Under the pieces are notes generated by a model. That model was not told where the DNA came from, did no database searches, and saw only the letters and a list, made by a program, of their open reading frames with translations. The translations under genes and the position numbers were made by a program. A stretch of 60,134 nt of DNA, from IMG/VR virus record IMGVR_UViG_3300020392_000017, positions 1 to 60,134 of that record. The stretch is one strand, 5' to 3'. The stretch is from a virus (Duplodnaviria; Caudoviricetes). This document shows, in pieces, positions 28,994 through 38,243 of this stretch; positions within the stretch are counted from its first letter, which is position 1, and the number at the start of each line of letters is the position of its first letter.

Positions 28994-29725
28994 ATGGCAT
29001 CAGCACAGGCAAATAGAACATTCGGTGTAACTTTCTCCGGTGGCGTAAATGCAGCAATCCTAAACTTTACTACGGCAAAGGGTAGATTACATGCAGCTAC
29101 AGGTCAAGATATAGTTCACCCAAATAATTACGCTAACGTACAATGGGTCGCAGGTCCATCAGAATCAACTGGAAGTATTATAGCTTACGCAAAATTTAAC
29201 GCAGAAGGTAATCCTGTTGTAGTTTCTACAATTGGTGACCAAGGTAGTGATGGTACTCCAGGTACTGCTGACGCATATATTGGCTTTAAGAGAGTTTCAA
29301 ACGACACAGAATTCGTTGCAGCTATCATGTCTATAGCAGCAGCACAAGGTAATCCAAACGATTTCACAGAAAATGTGCCTACAACAGAATCTACTGCAGC
29401 TCAAGCTAAGACTTTCGCAGACGCAGATTTACCTTACTGGACAAACTACACAGTTAGTGGTGAAGCTCCAGGTCCAGGTCAAGGTGGCGGTCAAGAGACT
29501 TACACCTACTGGAACGTTACAGTATGTGGCGGCGTAGAGGAATTCTTAATGAGAGCTCCTGATGGCACAGTACTTCAAGTCGGTCAAGGATACGATCTAT
29601 CAGCAGTAATCATATCTAGTGGTGAAGCTCCAGGTAATCACATTGTGATTGCATCTGAAGCTTCTGAAGGTACTCCTATCTTCGCGATTGGATCAGAGCC
29701 AAACACATTAGAATGTACAGCATAA
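28994..29725 (+). CDS. Hypothetical late protein, possibly a virion decoration or fibre component
   Basis: Late motif upstream; A/G/T-rich composition, Pro/Gly linker, small C-terminal domain. Confidence 0.55.
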   Translation: MASAQANRTFGVTFSGGVNAAILNFTTAKGRLHAATGQDIVHPNNYANVQWVAGPSESTGSIIAYAKFNAEGNPVVVSTIGDQGSDGTPGTADAYIGFKRVSNDTEFVAAIMSIAAAQGNPNDFTENVPTTESTAAQAKTFADADLPYWTNYTVSGEAPGPGQGGGQETYTYWNVTVCGGVEEFLMRAPDGTVLQVGQGYDLSAVIISSGEAPGNHIVIASEASEGTPIFAIGSEPNTLECTA

Positions 29726-29798
29726 GAGTATAATTCAGAGATGTCGAGCTACTCCATCTCATATCGGTAAAGTAATCATACCGGTTGAATTGAAAAAG

Positions 29799-29830
29799 AA
29801 TGGCCAATAGAGATATTGGCCATTTTTGTT
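29799..29830 (+). terminator. Intrinsic terminator
   Basis: AATGGCCAATA-GAGA-TATTGGCCATT then TTTGTT. Confidence 0.8.
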
Positions 29831-29843
29831 ACAGATAAAGGGT

Positions 29844-29852
29844 GATATATAA
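29844..29852 (+). promoter_or_regulatory. Class III late promoter, 3 nt before the ATG
   Basis: GATATATAA-CCT-ATG. Confidence 0.7.
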
Positions 29853-29855
29853 CCT

Positions 29856-30932
29856 ATGGCAACATACAATTTAAAATTTAACAAAGACGACTCTGTCATT
29901 AGACACATTATTGTCGGACTTCTAGCAGACCTAAATAACAAAATGAGCTTTCATCGTCAGATTAGTAACGACGAGAGAGTAGAGGTAGATATACCTTTCT
30001 TTTATGCTGTTGGTGGTGATGAGAATTTTATGAAAGATAATTTTTTATTCTCAAATGTAAATGGTCTAACATGTGACCCTGATGGTGAGTTTGCAGATGG
30101 TAACTATGATAAAGTACCAAGAGGTATTGTAAACCTAACGTCGTTTAATGTCGATCCATCTAAGCTAGTTAATAAGAGAAACTTAGGTCAATACTCGATG
30201 TTAAATGAACAAGGTCTAATGGAAGGTTTTGTTGCCGAATTTGAGATGGTTCCTGTAGTAATCGGCGTAGACGTAGAAATTTTAGTATCAAGTCAATTAG
30301 ACTTATTCAAAGTTACTGAGGCTATTGTAAAGAAAATGTACAAGGCTAATTTCTATCACGTAGATGCTGGTCACTTAGAAGAGGGAACATATAGAATATC
30401 ATCTGAGTATATGATGCCAGATGACTATACACAGGAAAGACCTGTAGAATATAGCTTTGATGATAAACAAAATCATAAAGTAACATTTACTCTAGAGATT
30501 AACTCATTCGTACCTTCATTTGACTTTGAAGAAGATACTTATAGAAAATTCACTAGAACTAGTTATGCCAATGCTATATGTGGTGATTATGGAGATCCAA
30601 ATGGTTTCCTAGATCCTAATATGACTCCTAATGTATATTATGATAGCTTCGAACCAGCTAAATGGGAAGCAAACGGCAGTGAGTGGATAAAAACAGAAGT
30701 AGGTAAAGACTGCTCCCACCCAGACGTTATTAATACTTTAGGTCAGAAACAGACCACTGAAACTCAAATTAAGAGAATTAGTAGAAGAAGAAAACAGTCT
30801 AATAGAATGTTTACAATTGGTAACTCAGATCTAGTTAATTCTGTAAATACAGAACAACAGCAATCAATGCTTGGAGATAACTATAAAGTTAAAGCCAAGA
30901 GGTTCCCATGGGGAGATAACATTGAAGAATAA
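29856..30932 (+). CDS. gp15: Tail sheath stabilizer/terminator (gp15-like) with C-terminal extension
   Basis: RHIIVGL...IPFFY...VPRGIVNLTSFNVDPSK resembles T4-like gp15. Confidence 0.65.
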   Translation: MATYNLKFNKDDSVIRHIIVGLLADLNNKMSFHRQISNDERVEVDIPFFYAVGGDENFMKDNFLFSNVNGLTCDPDGEFADGNYDKVPRGIVNLTSFNVDPSKLVNKRNLGQYSMLNEQGLMEGFVAEFEMVPVVIGVDVEILVSSQLDLFKVTEAIVKKMYKANFYHVDAGHLEEGTYRISSEYMMPDDYTQERPVEYSFDDKQNHKVTFTLEINSFVPSFDFEEDTYRKFTRTSYANAICGDYGDPNGFLDPNMTPNVYYDSFEPAKWEANGSEWIKTEVGKDCSHPDVINTLGQKQTTETQIKRISRRRKQSNRMFTIGNSDLVNSVNTEQQQSMLGDNYKVKAKRFPWGDNIEE

Positions 30933-30973
30933 TTTGACTGATATATAGTATAAGAAAACATAAATAATTTGAA

Positions 30974-32158
30974 ATGACAAATTCAATAAACAAAGAAGTA
31001 GTATCACCAATTCTAGAGCAAGGACAAGGTTATTTGTTCCATGCTGCAGGTGCAAACTTCAAAGTAACTGGTAGTCACATGGAGCAAGTTGCAGAAACTA
31101 ATGATGTATTTAATACACTAGTTGCAGCTAATAAAGCTTTTGAAATCACTAACGAAGGTATTTCATTCTTATATGACTACAACAACAAACAAATACTTTC
31201 TAAAGTTGAAGAGGGTGCAGTTGAATCTTTCGATAACTTAAATACTTTAACAGAGAAAGAGACTTTCTTACAAGGTCAAGCTAAAGAATTAAGATTATCT
31301 GGTCTAAAAGGCCCTGCATTAACTGAAGTCACTAAGGAATTAGTTTCAACTCAAGCTGCAATCGAAGAGGCTAAGGCTTCATCTATTGCTATTAACTTTA
31401 GATATGTAAAAGAATCAAACGCATTTTTTGCTGGTAATATCGAAGTAACATTAGGTAACGAAGAGTCTTTAGCTGAAAGATTTTTCAATGTAGGTTACAT
31501 TAAGTACCAAGACAAAACTCTCTTAGAGATGTTCCAAACTGCAGCTAAAAACTTTGAAGCATTTAAAGTATTAGACTTCTTAACTGAGTCTAAGTCTGAT
31601 GGTATTACAGTTCTTTCAATGAGAGCAGAGAAAAATGTATATGTATATAGACTAAACGAAGGCACTAAGATTGCTAAATTCAAGAAAATGTTAGCAGACG
31701 CTGCAATTGAATTTGTAGCAGAAGAAACTGGTGCTGATGTAACAGAACAATTCTCTGACTTATTAGAAACTGCATCAAGAGTTACTGAAATGAGAAAAGA
31801 GAAGATTACACTCTACAAAGAGATGTTATCATTCCTATATGACCAAAGAGGTAAATTAGCAGAAGCAGATAGAAATCTTCCAGATATTAAAGCTGCTGAT
31901 AATTTAATTGAAACTGAAATCGCTAAGATTACAGAAGATCTTAATGAATTAGAAGATAAATTAGATATTGAAGATGGTTATGTAAATGCTTCATTAAAAT
32001 CAGAAGTTGATGGTTTACCAGAAGATGCTTCAATTAAAGTTGACGCTGTTGAATTTAATCAAGCAGGTAAGAATGATATTCTAACAGTTTTCTTTGAAGA
32101 CAGACCATTCAGAGTAGAGAAGTACAAGATTAACATCTCACAAGAAGACAACGTATAA
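30974..32158 (+). CDS. Hypothetical late protein
   Basis: 394 aa; GATATATAG at 30940-30948 upstream. Confidence 0.65.
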   Translation: MTNSINKEVVSPILEQGQGYLFHAAGANFKVTGSHMEQVAETNDVFNTLVAANKAFEITNEGISFLYDYNNKQILSKVEEGAVESFDNLNTLTEKETFLQGQAKELRLSGLKGPALTEVTKELVSTQAAIEEAKASSIAINFRYVKESNAFFAGNIEVTLGNEESLAERFFNVGYIKYQDKTLLEMFQTAAKNFEAFKVLDFLTESKSDGITVLSMRAEKNVYVYRLNEGTKIAKFKKMLADAAIEFVAEETGADVTEQFSDLLETASRVTEMRKEKITLYKEMLSFLYDQRGKLAEADRNLPDIKAADNLIETEIAKITEDLNELEDKLDIEDGYVNASLKSEVDGLPEDASIKVDAVEFNQAGKNDILTVFFEDRPFRVEKYKINISQEDNV

Positions 32159-32185
32159 TCAATACGTTCACCTTATTATTTAAAG

Positions 32186-32226
32186 AAAAGCTCATTTCGA
32201 AACAAATGGGCTTTTTTTCATATAAT
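32186..32226 (+). promoter_or_regulatory. Terminator hairpin overlapping a class II promoter (GAAAC 32199, TATAAT 32221) for the late sigma gene
   Basis: AAAAGCTCATTT-CGAAAC-AAATGGGCTTTT; 17 nt spacer. Confidence 0.7.
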
Positions 32227-32248
32227 TGATAATCAATTAGAATTAAAC

Positions 32249-32626
32249 GTGCCAAGAAAAAAGAATTACTTAAATAATCGGGACTTATACGACCAGATTG
32301 TTCTATCTTTAGAAGCAGATAAACTTACTAAAGATGCAGAGAAAATGCTAATACTAATAGCGGAAAGAGCTATTAGAAAATTAGTGTATTTGAATGAAGA
32401 TGATAAACATGATTGTTTACAATTTGCGATATTAGACCTGTTAAAGTACTGGAGGAATTTTAATCCTAAGTACACTAACGCATTTGCATACTTTACGGAG
32501 ATTGCAAAGAGAGGGTACGCAAAGGGCTGGAATAAAATTCACCCAACAAAATATAAGAACACAATGTCGATGGATCGTATTAACACGAGAAATGGTGACG
32601 GCGATTCTGGTATGTTTAACATCTAA
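32249..32626 (+). CDS. gp55: Late-transcription sigma factor
   Basis: KKNYLNN, FNPKYTNAFAYFTEI; GTG start. Confidence 0.85.
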   Translation: MPRKKNYLNNRDLYDQIVLSLEADKLTKDAEKMLILIAERAIRKLVYLNEDDKHDCLQFAILDLLKYWRNFNPKYTNAFAYFTEIAKRGYAKGWNKIHPTKYKNTMSMDRINTRNGDGDSGMFNI

Positions 32627-33099
32627 TGTCGATAAAGAACTTAAAACCAACTGGAAACTCAGGGTTTGTACAAGGATATTTTACACCAGAAAACCCTGAC
32701 AGATATATCGGCCCAACGCCGATCATTTATCGTTCCTCTTGGGAAAGAAAGTTTATGATAATGTGCGATACAAAAGATAATGTATTAAAATGGTCAAGTG
32801 AACCTGTTGCTATTAAATACAGGTCAACGATGGATAAAAGAGAACACACTTATTATCCTGACTTCTATATGAAAACTAAGGGTGAAGAAGGCCCAGTAGA
32901 GTGGTTAGTAGAGATTAAACCAGAAGCACAGATTAAAAAACCTAGACCACCTCTTAAGAAATCACAGAAAGCACTTAAGTCCTATAAATTCTTAGCAGAA
33001 CAGTATATTAAGAATAGAGATAAATATGCCTATGCTAATGCTTGGTGTGAAAATAGAGGTTGGAGGTTTATTGTTCTAACAGAAAAGACTCTTAAATAA
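32626..33099 (+). CDS. gp4: Head completion nuclease
   Basis: YRSSWE, WSSEP, YYPDF, EIKP. Confidence 0.88.
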   Translation: MSIKNLKPTGNSGFVQGYFTPENPDRYIGPTPIIYRSSWERKFMIMCDTKDNVLKWSSEPVAIKYRSTMDKREHTYYPDFYMKTKGEEGPVEWLVEIKPEAQIKKPRPPLKKSQKALKSYKFLAEQYIKNRDKYAYANAWCENRGWRFIVLTEKTLK

Positions 33100-33701
33100 T
33101 GGGTAAAGTAAGAAAGGACATAAGATTATTAAGTAAAGAAGCTGGCGGAAAGCTAAGAGCTAGAATGGATGCTGAGGCTTGGTTTGAATCTAGTAAGAAA
33201 GCTATTAGAGAGAAAGCGGTTAGTGCAGATGGTAGACCATTTGTACCAGGTAAGATTTATGTGTTCAGATACAATAATCCAGTTTCTGCTTATTGGTGGG
33301 ATAGTAATCCAGTAGTATTGGCTTTAGATCCGCCAAACTCAGCAGGTAACGATATGGGTATTAATCTAAATATGTTGCCTGTCTCAGTAAAAGAAGATTT
33401 GTTAGATTTTATATATGACCAATATGAGCAGTATATAAATGGACAAACTAGAGGAAATAAGCTAGAGAATGCAAGAGCACAAGCAGGTTTACCATCATTT
33501 AGTTATGATGGTGCAAAAGCATTTCTACAGCGTTATGGTTTTGATTTCGCCATAAGACAATATAAAAGAAATCGTAAAGGTAATCAGGTGATAGTCTCGT
33601 ATGAGAACTGGGCAAAGATAGTACTCTGTGACTTTATCGAGCTAAATGGCTCGTCAATTGGTAAGATCAGAGCAATGTTCAGAAACCACCTAAATAAATG
33701 A
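33099..33701 (+). CDS. gp2: DNA end protector protein
   Basis: PGKIYVFRY, YWWDSNP, GINLNMLP; adjacent to gp4. Confidence 0.75.
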   Translation: MGKVRKDIRLLSKEAGGKLRARMDAEAWFESSKKAIREKAVSADGRPFVPGKIYVFRYNNPVSAYWWDSNPVVLALDPPNSAGNDMGINLNMLPVSVKEDLLDFIYDQYEQYINGQTRGNKLENARAQAGLPSFSYDGAKAFLQRYGFDFAIRQYKRNRKGNQVIVSYENWAKIVLCDFIELNGSSIGKIRAMFRNHLNK

Positions 33702-33710
33702 GATATATAA
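33702..33710 (+). promoter_or_regulatory. Class III late promoter
   Basis: GATATATAA upstream of the portal gene. Confidence 0.7.
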
Positions 33711-33730
33711 AACAGAAATAATAATACATT

Positions 33731-35335
33731 ATGGCAGGTTTTACTGACAAAAGAAACGGACCTTTAAGTTCAAATAGCAGACCATTTAGTCTCTCCAATG
33801 CATTGAAGACACTAAGTTCTTTTGGTATGCGCTATGATGACATGGTCTTAAGACAATCACAAGCGATTGGTCCAATGGAAGACCAGTTCGGCTACAACCA
33901 AGTAAATGGTATTAATCCATTTGGTCTAGATAACGATGACATCTATGGTGCATTCGCTGCATTATCGATGACAGATATTAATATGAAGAAGAACGTACCG
34001 TTCTTTGATATTGATTATCCTGGTAAGAGAGATGAATTAAGAAGATTTTCACTTAATGATGAAGTAGAAGATATTCTAGATATTCTTTGTGATGAGGCTG
34101 TTGTATATGATGAGAAGAATTTCTTTGCACAACCATCTATTATGGGACTTGATGTCTCTGATAGCGTTAACAAAGACCTTAACAAATACTTTAGACAGAT
34201 CTATCACTACTTTGGTTTTAACGGTGAGCAATCAGCATGGTATTTCTTTAGAAAATTCTTAGTAGATGGTTATCTAGCATTTGAGATTATCTACTCACCT
34301 GACCAAAAAGAAATTATAGGTTTCAAAGAGTTAGACCCAATTACTCTAATGCCTGGTTTTAATAAAGACGACGGTAAGAAAGTTTGGATCCAGTATAAAG
34401 ACGAACCTACAAAAGAAAGAGTTCTATATGACTCTCAAATTATTTACATTTCATATTCTTCCCTTTCAACTGCTTCAAGAGTTAGTTACGTTGAGAGACT
34501 AGTAAGATCTTTTAACTTACTAAGAATTATGGAACATACCAGAGTGGTATGGGCAGTAACCAACGCTTCATTCAGAATGAAGTTTATTATTCCTGTTGGT
34601 GGTAAATCTAAAACAAGAGCAAAACAATCGTTAGCTCAACTAATGAATAACTATAAAGAAGTCGTTGACTTTGACTTCGAGTCTGGTTCATTAACTACAG
34701 ACGGTAAACCAATGTTACAATTCTCTAAAGAATACTGGTTACCTTCTAAAGACGGTGAGCAACCAGAGATTGAAACTCTTGGTGGTGAAGGACCAGATCT
34801 ATCAGATACAGAAGCACTCAAGTACTTCTCTGATAAATTAAAAGAGGTTTCAAAAATTCCTTACAACAGATTCTTATATGAAGATGATGGTGGTGACTAT
34901 GCATTAGCAGGTGATGGTATGGTAAGAGATGAGATTAAGTTTGGTAAATTTATCAAGCGTCTAAGATCAGTCTTCCAAGAGATACTAGTAAAACCACTTT
35001 ATATTCAAATGTGTCTTAAATACCCAGAGTTTACAGACGATCCACAATTTAAAACTCAGGTAGCTCTAAGGTTTAATGAAGAGAATGTATTTGCAGAATT
35101 AAAAGAACAAGAGATTATGCAATTGAGATTAGACTTTATCTCAAGTATGAGAGATTCTCTAATGACAACCAATCAAGAGACTATGGAAGAAGAATACTAT
35201 TTCGATCAAGAGTACTTAGTTACTAAATATCTGAAATTAACAGACGATGAAATTAGAGCCAACAAAGCCTATAAGGCTAAAGCGGCAAAAGATGATGCAG
35301 AAGAACCAGAAGAAGAGGACCCAATGGCACTCTAA
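33731..35335 (+). CDS. gp20: Portal vertex protein
   Basis: FLVDG, YWLP...EIETLGG, RDEIKFGKFIKRLR; head-module position. Confidence 0.9.
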   Translation: MAGFTDKRNGPLSSNSRPFSLSNALKTLSSFGMRYDDMVLRQSQAIGPMEDQFGYNQVNGINPFGLDNDDIYGAFAALSMTDINMKKNVPFFDIDYPGKRDELRRFSLNDEVEDILDILCDEAVVYDEKNFFAQPSIMGLDVSDSVNKDLNKYFRQIYHYFGFNGEQSAWYFFRKFLVDGYLAFEIIYSPDQKEIIGFKELDPITLMPGFNKDDGKKVWIQYKDEPTKERVLYDSQIIYISYSSLSTASRVSYVERLVRSFNLLRIMEHTRVVWAVTNASFRMKFIIPVGGKSKTRAKQSLAQLMNNYKEVVDFDFESGSLTTDGKPMLQFSKEYWLPSKDGEQPEIETLGGEGPDLSDTEALKYFSDKLKEVSKIPYNRFLYEDDGGDYALAGDGMVRDEIKFGKFIKRLRSVFQEILVKPLYIQMCLKYPEFTDDPQFKTQVALRFNEENVFAELKEQEIMQLRLDFISSMRDSLMTTNQETMEEEYYFDQEYLVTKYLKLTDDEIRANKAYKAKAAKDDAEEPEEEDPMAL

Positions 35336-35368
35336 CCTAGATTCTGTAGAAAAAGAGATATATAAAAC

Positions 35369-35719
35369 ATGAAACAAGATTTTAAAATTTTCAGAACCTT
35401 TGAAGAGTTCGTTAGTGAAGATGCATTGAAAGCTGGCGAGGACTCAAAGATATATGTTCAAGACTTAACTTTAGACTCAGGTCATACTATAAAATCAGCA
35501 GAGATTCTAGGTGCTATTACTGCATCTGCTACTGAGGAAGACTTTAAAGAGTATTTCTTCCAAGAGTATGGTAATGATGCATTTGCTGAAGGTGAGATGG
35601 ACATTTTAACTGCTTACTTTTTAGATAAATCAGCAGAAGATGCTGAAGAAGAGAAAGAAGCAGAGAAAGATGCAGAAGCAGAGGGCGGTGAAGAAGAAGA
35701 CCCACTGGCTGACATCTAA
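35369..35719 (+). CDS. Acidic prohead core-like protein with CTS-like N-terminus
   Basis: RTFEEFVSE; lies between portal and protease; GATATATAA at 35357-35365. Confidence 0.55.
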   Translation: MKQDFKIFRTFEEFVSEDALKAGEDSKIYVQDLTLDSGHTIKSAEILGAITASATEEDFKEYFFQEYGNDAFAEGEMDILTAYFLDKSAEDAEEEKEAEKDAEAEGGEEEDPLADI

Positions 35720-35781
35720 AAGATATTAGGATAATTGCATAATACAAGTAGATATATAATAAAAATAGATAAACCATAGAT

Positions 35782-38133
35782 ATGGCAAATAAAAACGACT
35801 TATTGATTGTCGAAATGTCTTCGTCTCAGTTAACTGGTACAGTTTCTGAGAATAAAGAATACATTCTAGAGGGTATCTTTGGAGAAATTGACTCCAAGAA
35901 TAAAAATAATCGTATTTATACTGAAGATGAGTATTTACCTCAGATTCAGCAACTACAAGATAAGATTAAATCATCCAAGTTGTTAGGTGAGTTAGACCAC
36001 CCACAACAATTTGATGTTTCCCTTAAAAATGTTTCTCACATTATCGAAGAACTTTTCTACGACAAGGACAACAAACAAGTAAAAGGTAAAATCAGATTAT
36101 TAGATACTGATGCAGGTAGACAAGCTAAAGCTCTTGTTGATGCTGGAGTACCTTTACAAATCTCTTCTAGAGCAGCTGGTGCTGTTGAATCAAACGGTAA
36201 AGTAAAAATTAAGCAATTATTTACTTATGACCTAGTTGCAGATCCTGGTTTTGCAAATGCAGAGCTAAAAAGAGTTAACGAGTCTTATGGCTTTGACAAT
36301 GAGTCAGGTCTATGGATCTACGAAATGGACAGTAATACTCCAGAAGTAGAAAAAGAAATTACAGAAACCAATACAGAAACAAATAATAATAAAAACATGG
36401 CAGAATTTGTAAAAGCTGAAGATTTCCACAAGTATTCTGAGTACTTAGCAAATGAAATTAAAGGCATAAAAGAGTCTATCGGAGCAAATAGCGAAGATAA
36501 CACGTTAGAGAACGTAAAGTCTCATAACGACCACATCGTTGAGCGCGTTAATACTCTCTCAGAATATGTTGAGTATTTAGCTGGCAAATTAGACGAGTCA
36601 ATCCAGTATTCAGAGCACGTTGCTGAGAAAGCAGATCAAGGTATTTCTTACAGCGAATCTATTGCTGAAAAATTAGATCAAGGTATTCAATACTCTGAGC
36701 ATTTAGCTGAGGCTGTTGGTAAAGTTAAAGACTTTGCTAACTATTTAGCTGAACAGCACAATGAAGGTACTGAAACTTCTAAGAACTTATTATCTTATGT
36801 AGAATACTTAAAAGAAAATCTACAGAATGTATCTGAGTATGCAGAGTATATTGCAACTCAAATCAACGAAGGTATGGTAAAAGAGGAAGAAGTTGAAGAA
36901 ACTGAAGAAGTTGAAGAAACTGACGAAACTCCAGAAGTTACTGAAGAGGAAACTCCAGAAACTAACGAAGAAGAAACTACTAACGAAGAGGAAGTAGAAG
37001 AAACTGAAGAAGTTGAGGAAACTGAAGAAGTAGCTGAAGAAGATGAAGCAGGTGAAGGCGCTGAAGAAGTAGTTGAAGACGAAGTCACTGAAGAAGAAGG
37101 TGAAGAAGTTGAAGAAACTATGGAAGAGGAAGAAACTACTGAAGAATCTGAAGAAACTAACGAAGAAGACGAAGCTGGCGAAGGTGCTGAAGAAGTTGCT
37201 GAAGAAGATGAAGCAGGTGAAGGCGCTGAAGAAGTAGTTGAAGACGAAGTTACTGAAGAAGAAGTCGAAGAAATGCACGACGAAGAAAAAGAAGAAGTCG
37301 AAGAAATGCACGACGAAGAAAAAGAAGAAGTAGCTGAAGAAGACGAAGCTGGTGAAGGTGCTGAAGAAGTAGTTGAAGACGAAACTAACGAAGAAGACGA
37401 AGCTGGCGAAGGTGCTGAAGAAGTAGTTGAAGACGAAACTAACGAAGAGGAAGAAGCTACTGAAGAATCTGAAGAAACTAACGAAGAGGAAGAAGCTACT
37501 GAAGAATCTGAAGAAACTAATGAAGAAGAAACTACTAACGAAGAGGAAGTAGAAGAAACTGAAGAAGTTAAAGAAGAGGAAGAAGAAGTTGAAGAATCTG
37601 CTTTAGATACTTACAAGAAAGAAATTTCATCTAAATTAGATGCATTAGTTGAAGCTGCACAAACTAAAGAAAATGAAAACCCATCATTCTTTAAGGTTGT
37701 ATCTAGCTCAACACAAGAAAAGTACAATGCATTAAACGAAGATGCTAAAACTGAAGTTAGACAAAGAGTTGCTAAAAGAGGTTTTATGACTGAAGGCGAA
37801 ATCAACGCAATCGTTGAATCTTCTGAAGCAGTTGTAGAAGCTAGAACAGCTGAACCATTCTTTATCACTGCAGCTCCTGCAGAGTACAAAGAGAAGTTCG
37901 AAGCTCTAACTGAAGGAAAACAAAATCAAATCAAAGCTCAAGCTAAATACCATACTCTAAATACTGAGTATCAAGTTAGAAACTTCTGGGAAACTAGAGA
38001 TCTAAGAGAGGTAAAAGTTGACCTAGAAAAATTAGCGGCAGTTAACGAATCAGCAGCGACTGAGAAGAAAGACGAGCCACTATATGATGTGTCTAACTAC
38101 GCTGAAAGCTTAAAGAAAAGATTTAAAAAGTAA
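35782..38133 (+). CDS. gp21: Prohead protease fused to a long acidic scaffold/core region
   Basis: NKNNRIY, GELDHP, ISSRAAG, YDLVADPG, then a coiled-coil and Glu-rich tail; GATATATAA at 35751. Confidence 0.88.
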   Translation: MANKNDLLIVEMSSSQLTGTVSENKEYILEGIFGEIDSKNKNNRIYTEDEYLPQIQQLQDKIKSSKLLGELDHPQQFDVSLKNVSHIIEELFYDKDNKQVKGKIRLLDTDAGRQAKALVDAGVPLQISSRAAGAVESNGKVKIKQLFTYDLVADPGFANAELKRVNESYGFDNESGLWIYEMDSNTPEVEKEITETNTETNNNKNMAEFVKAEDFHKYSEYLANEIKGIKESIGANSEDNTLENVKSHNDHIVERVNTLSEYVEYLAGKLDESIQYSEHVAEKADQGISYSESIAEKLDQGIQYSEHLAEAVGKVKDFANYLAEQHNEGTETSKNLLSYVEYLKENLQNVSEYAEYIATQINEGMVKEEEVEETEEVEETDETPEVTEEETPETNEEETTNEEEVEETEEVEETEEVAEEDEAGEGAEEVVEDEVTEEEGEEVEETMEEEETTEESEETNEEDEAGEGAEEVAEEDEAGEGAEEVVEDEVTEEEVEEMHDEEKEEVEEMHDEEKEEVAEEDEAGEGAEEVVEDETNEEDEAGEGAEEVVEDETNEEEEATEESEETNEEEEATEESEETNEEETTNEEEVEETEEVKEEEEEVEESALDTYKKEISSKLDALVEAAQTKENENPSFFKVVSSSTQEKYNALNEDAKTEVRQRVAKRGFMTEGEINAIVESSEAVVEARTAEPFFITAAPAEYKEKFEALTEGKQNQIKAQAKYHTLNTEYQVRNFWETRDLREVKVDLEKLAAVNESAATEKKDEPLYDVSNYAESLKKRFKK
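36882..37598 (+). repeat. Glu-rich imperfect tandem repeats in the protease/scaffold gene
   Basis: EEDEAGEGAEEV x5, EEVEEMHDEEK x2, EEEEATEESEETN x2. Confidence 0.9.
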
Positions 38134-38135
38134 AA

Positions 38136-38243
38136 GATATATAATTAATCGACGATATAGGAGTAGCGAAGCAGAAAACTCCAAGCAAGTCGAGTTCAGA
38201 AATGAACGCTTAAACAAAACCATTAAAAATAAAAAACTGAAAA
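38136..38243 (+). promoter_or_regulatory. Late promoter and structured 5' leader of the major capsid gene
   Basis: GATATATAA at 38136; stems TCGAC/GTCGA, GGAGT/ACTCC, GTTCA-GAAA-TGAAC. Confidence 0.6.

Noticed and set aside
36820-37311. Minus-strand Phe-rich and Ser-rich ORFs
   Set aside because: Antisense shadows of the GAA-rich repeat in the protease/scaffold gene.
36882-37598. Repeat array considered as a CRISPR
   Set aside because: The repeats are in-frame coding blocks without unique spacers, and no cas genes are present.
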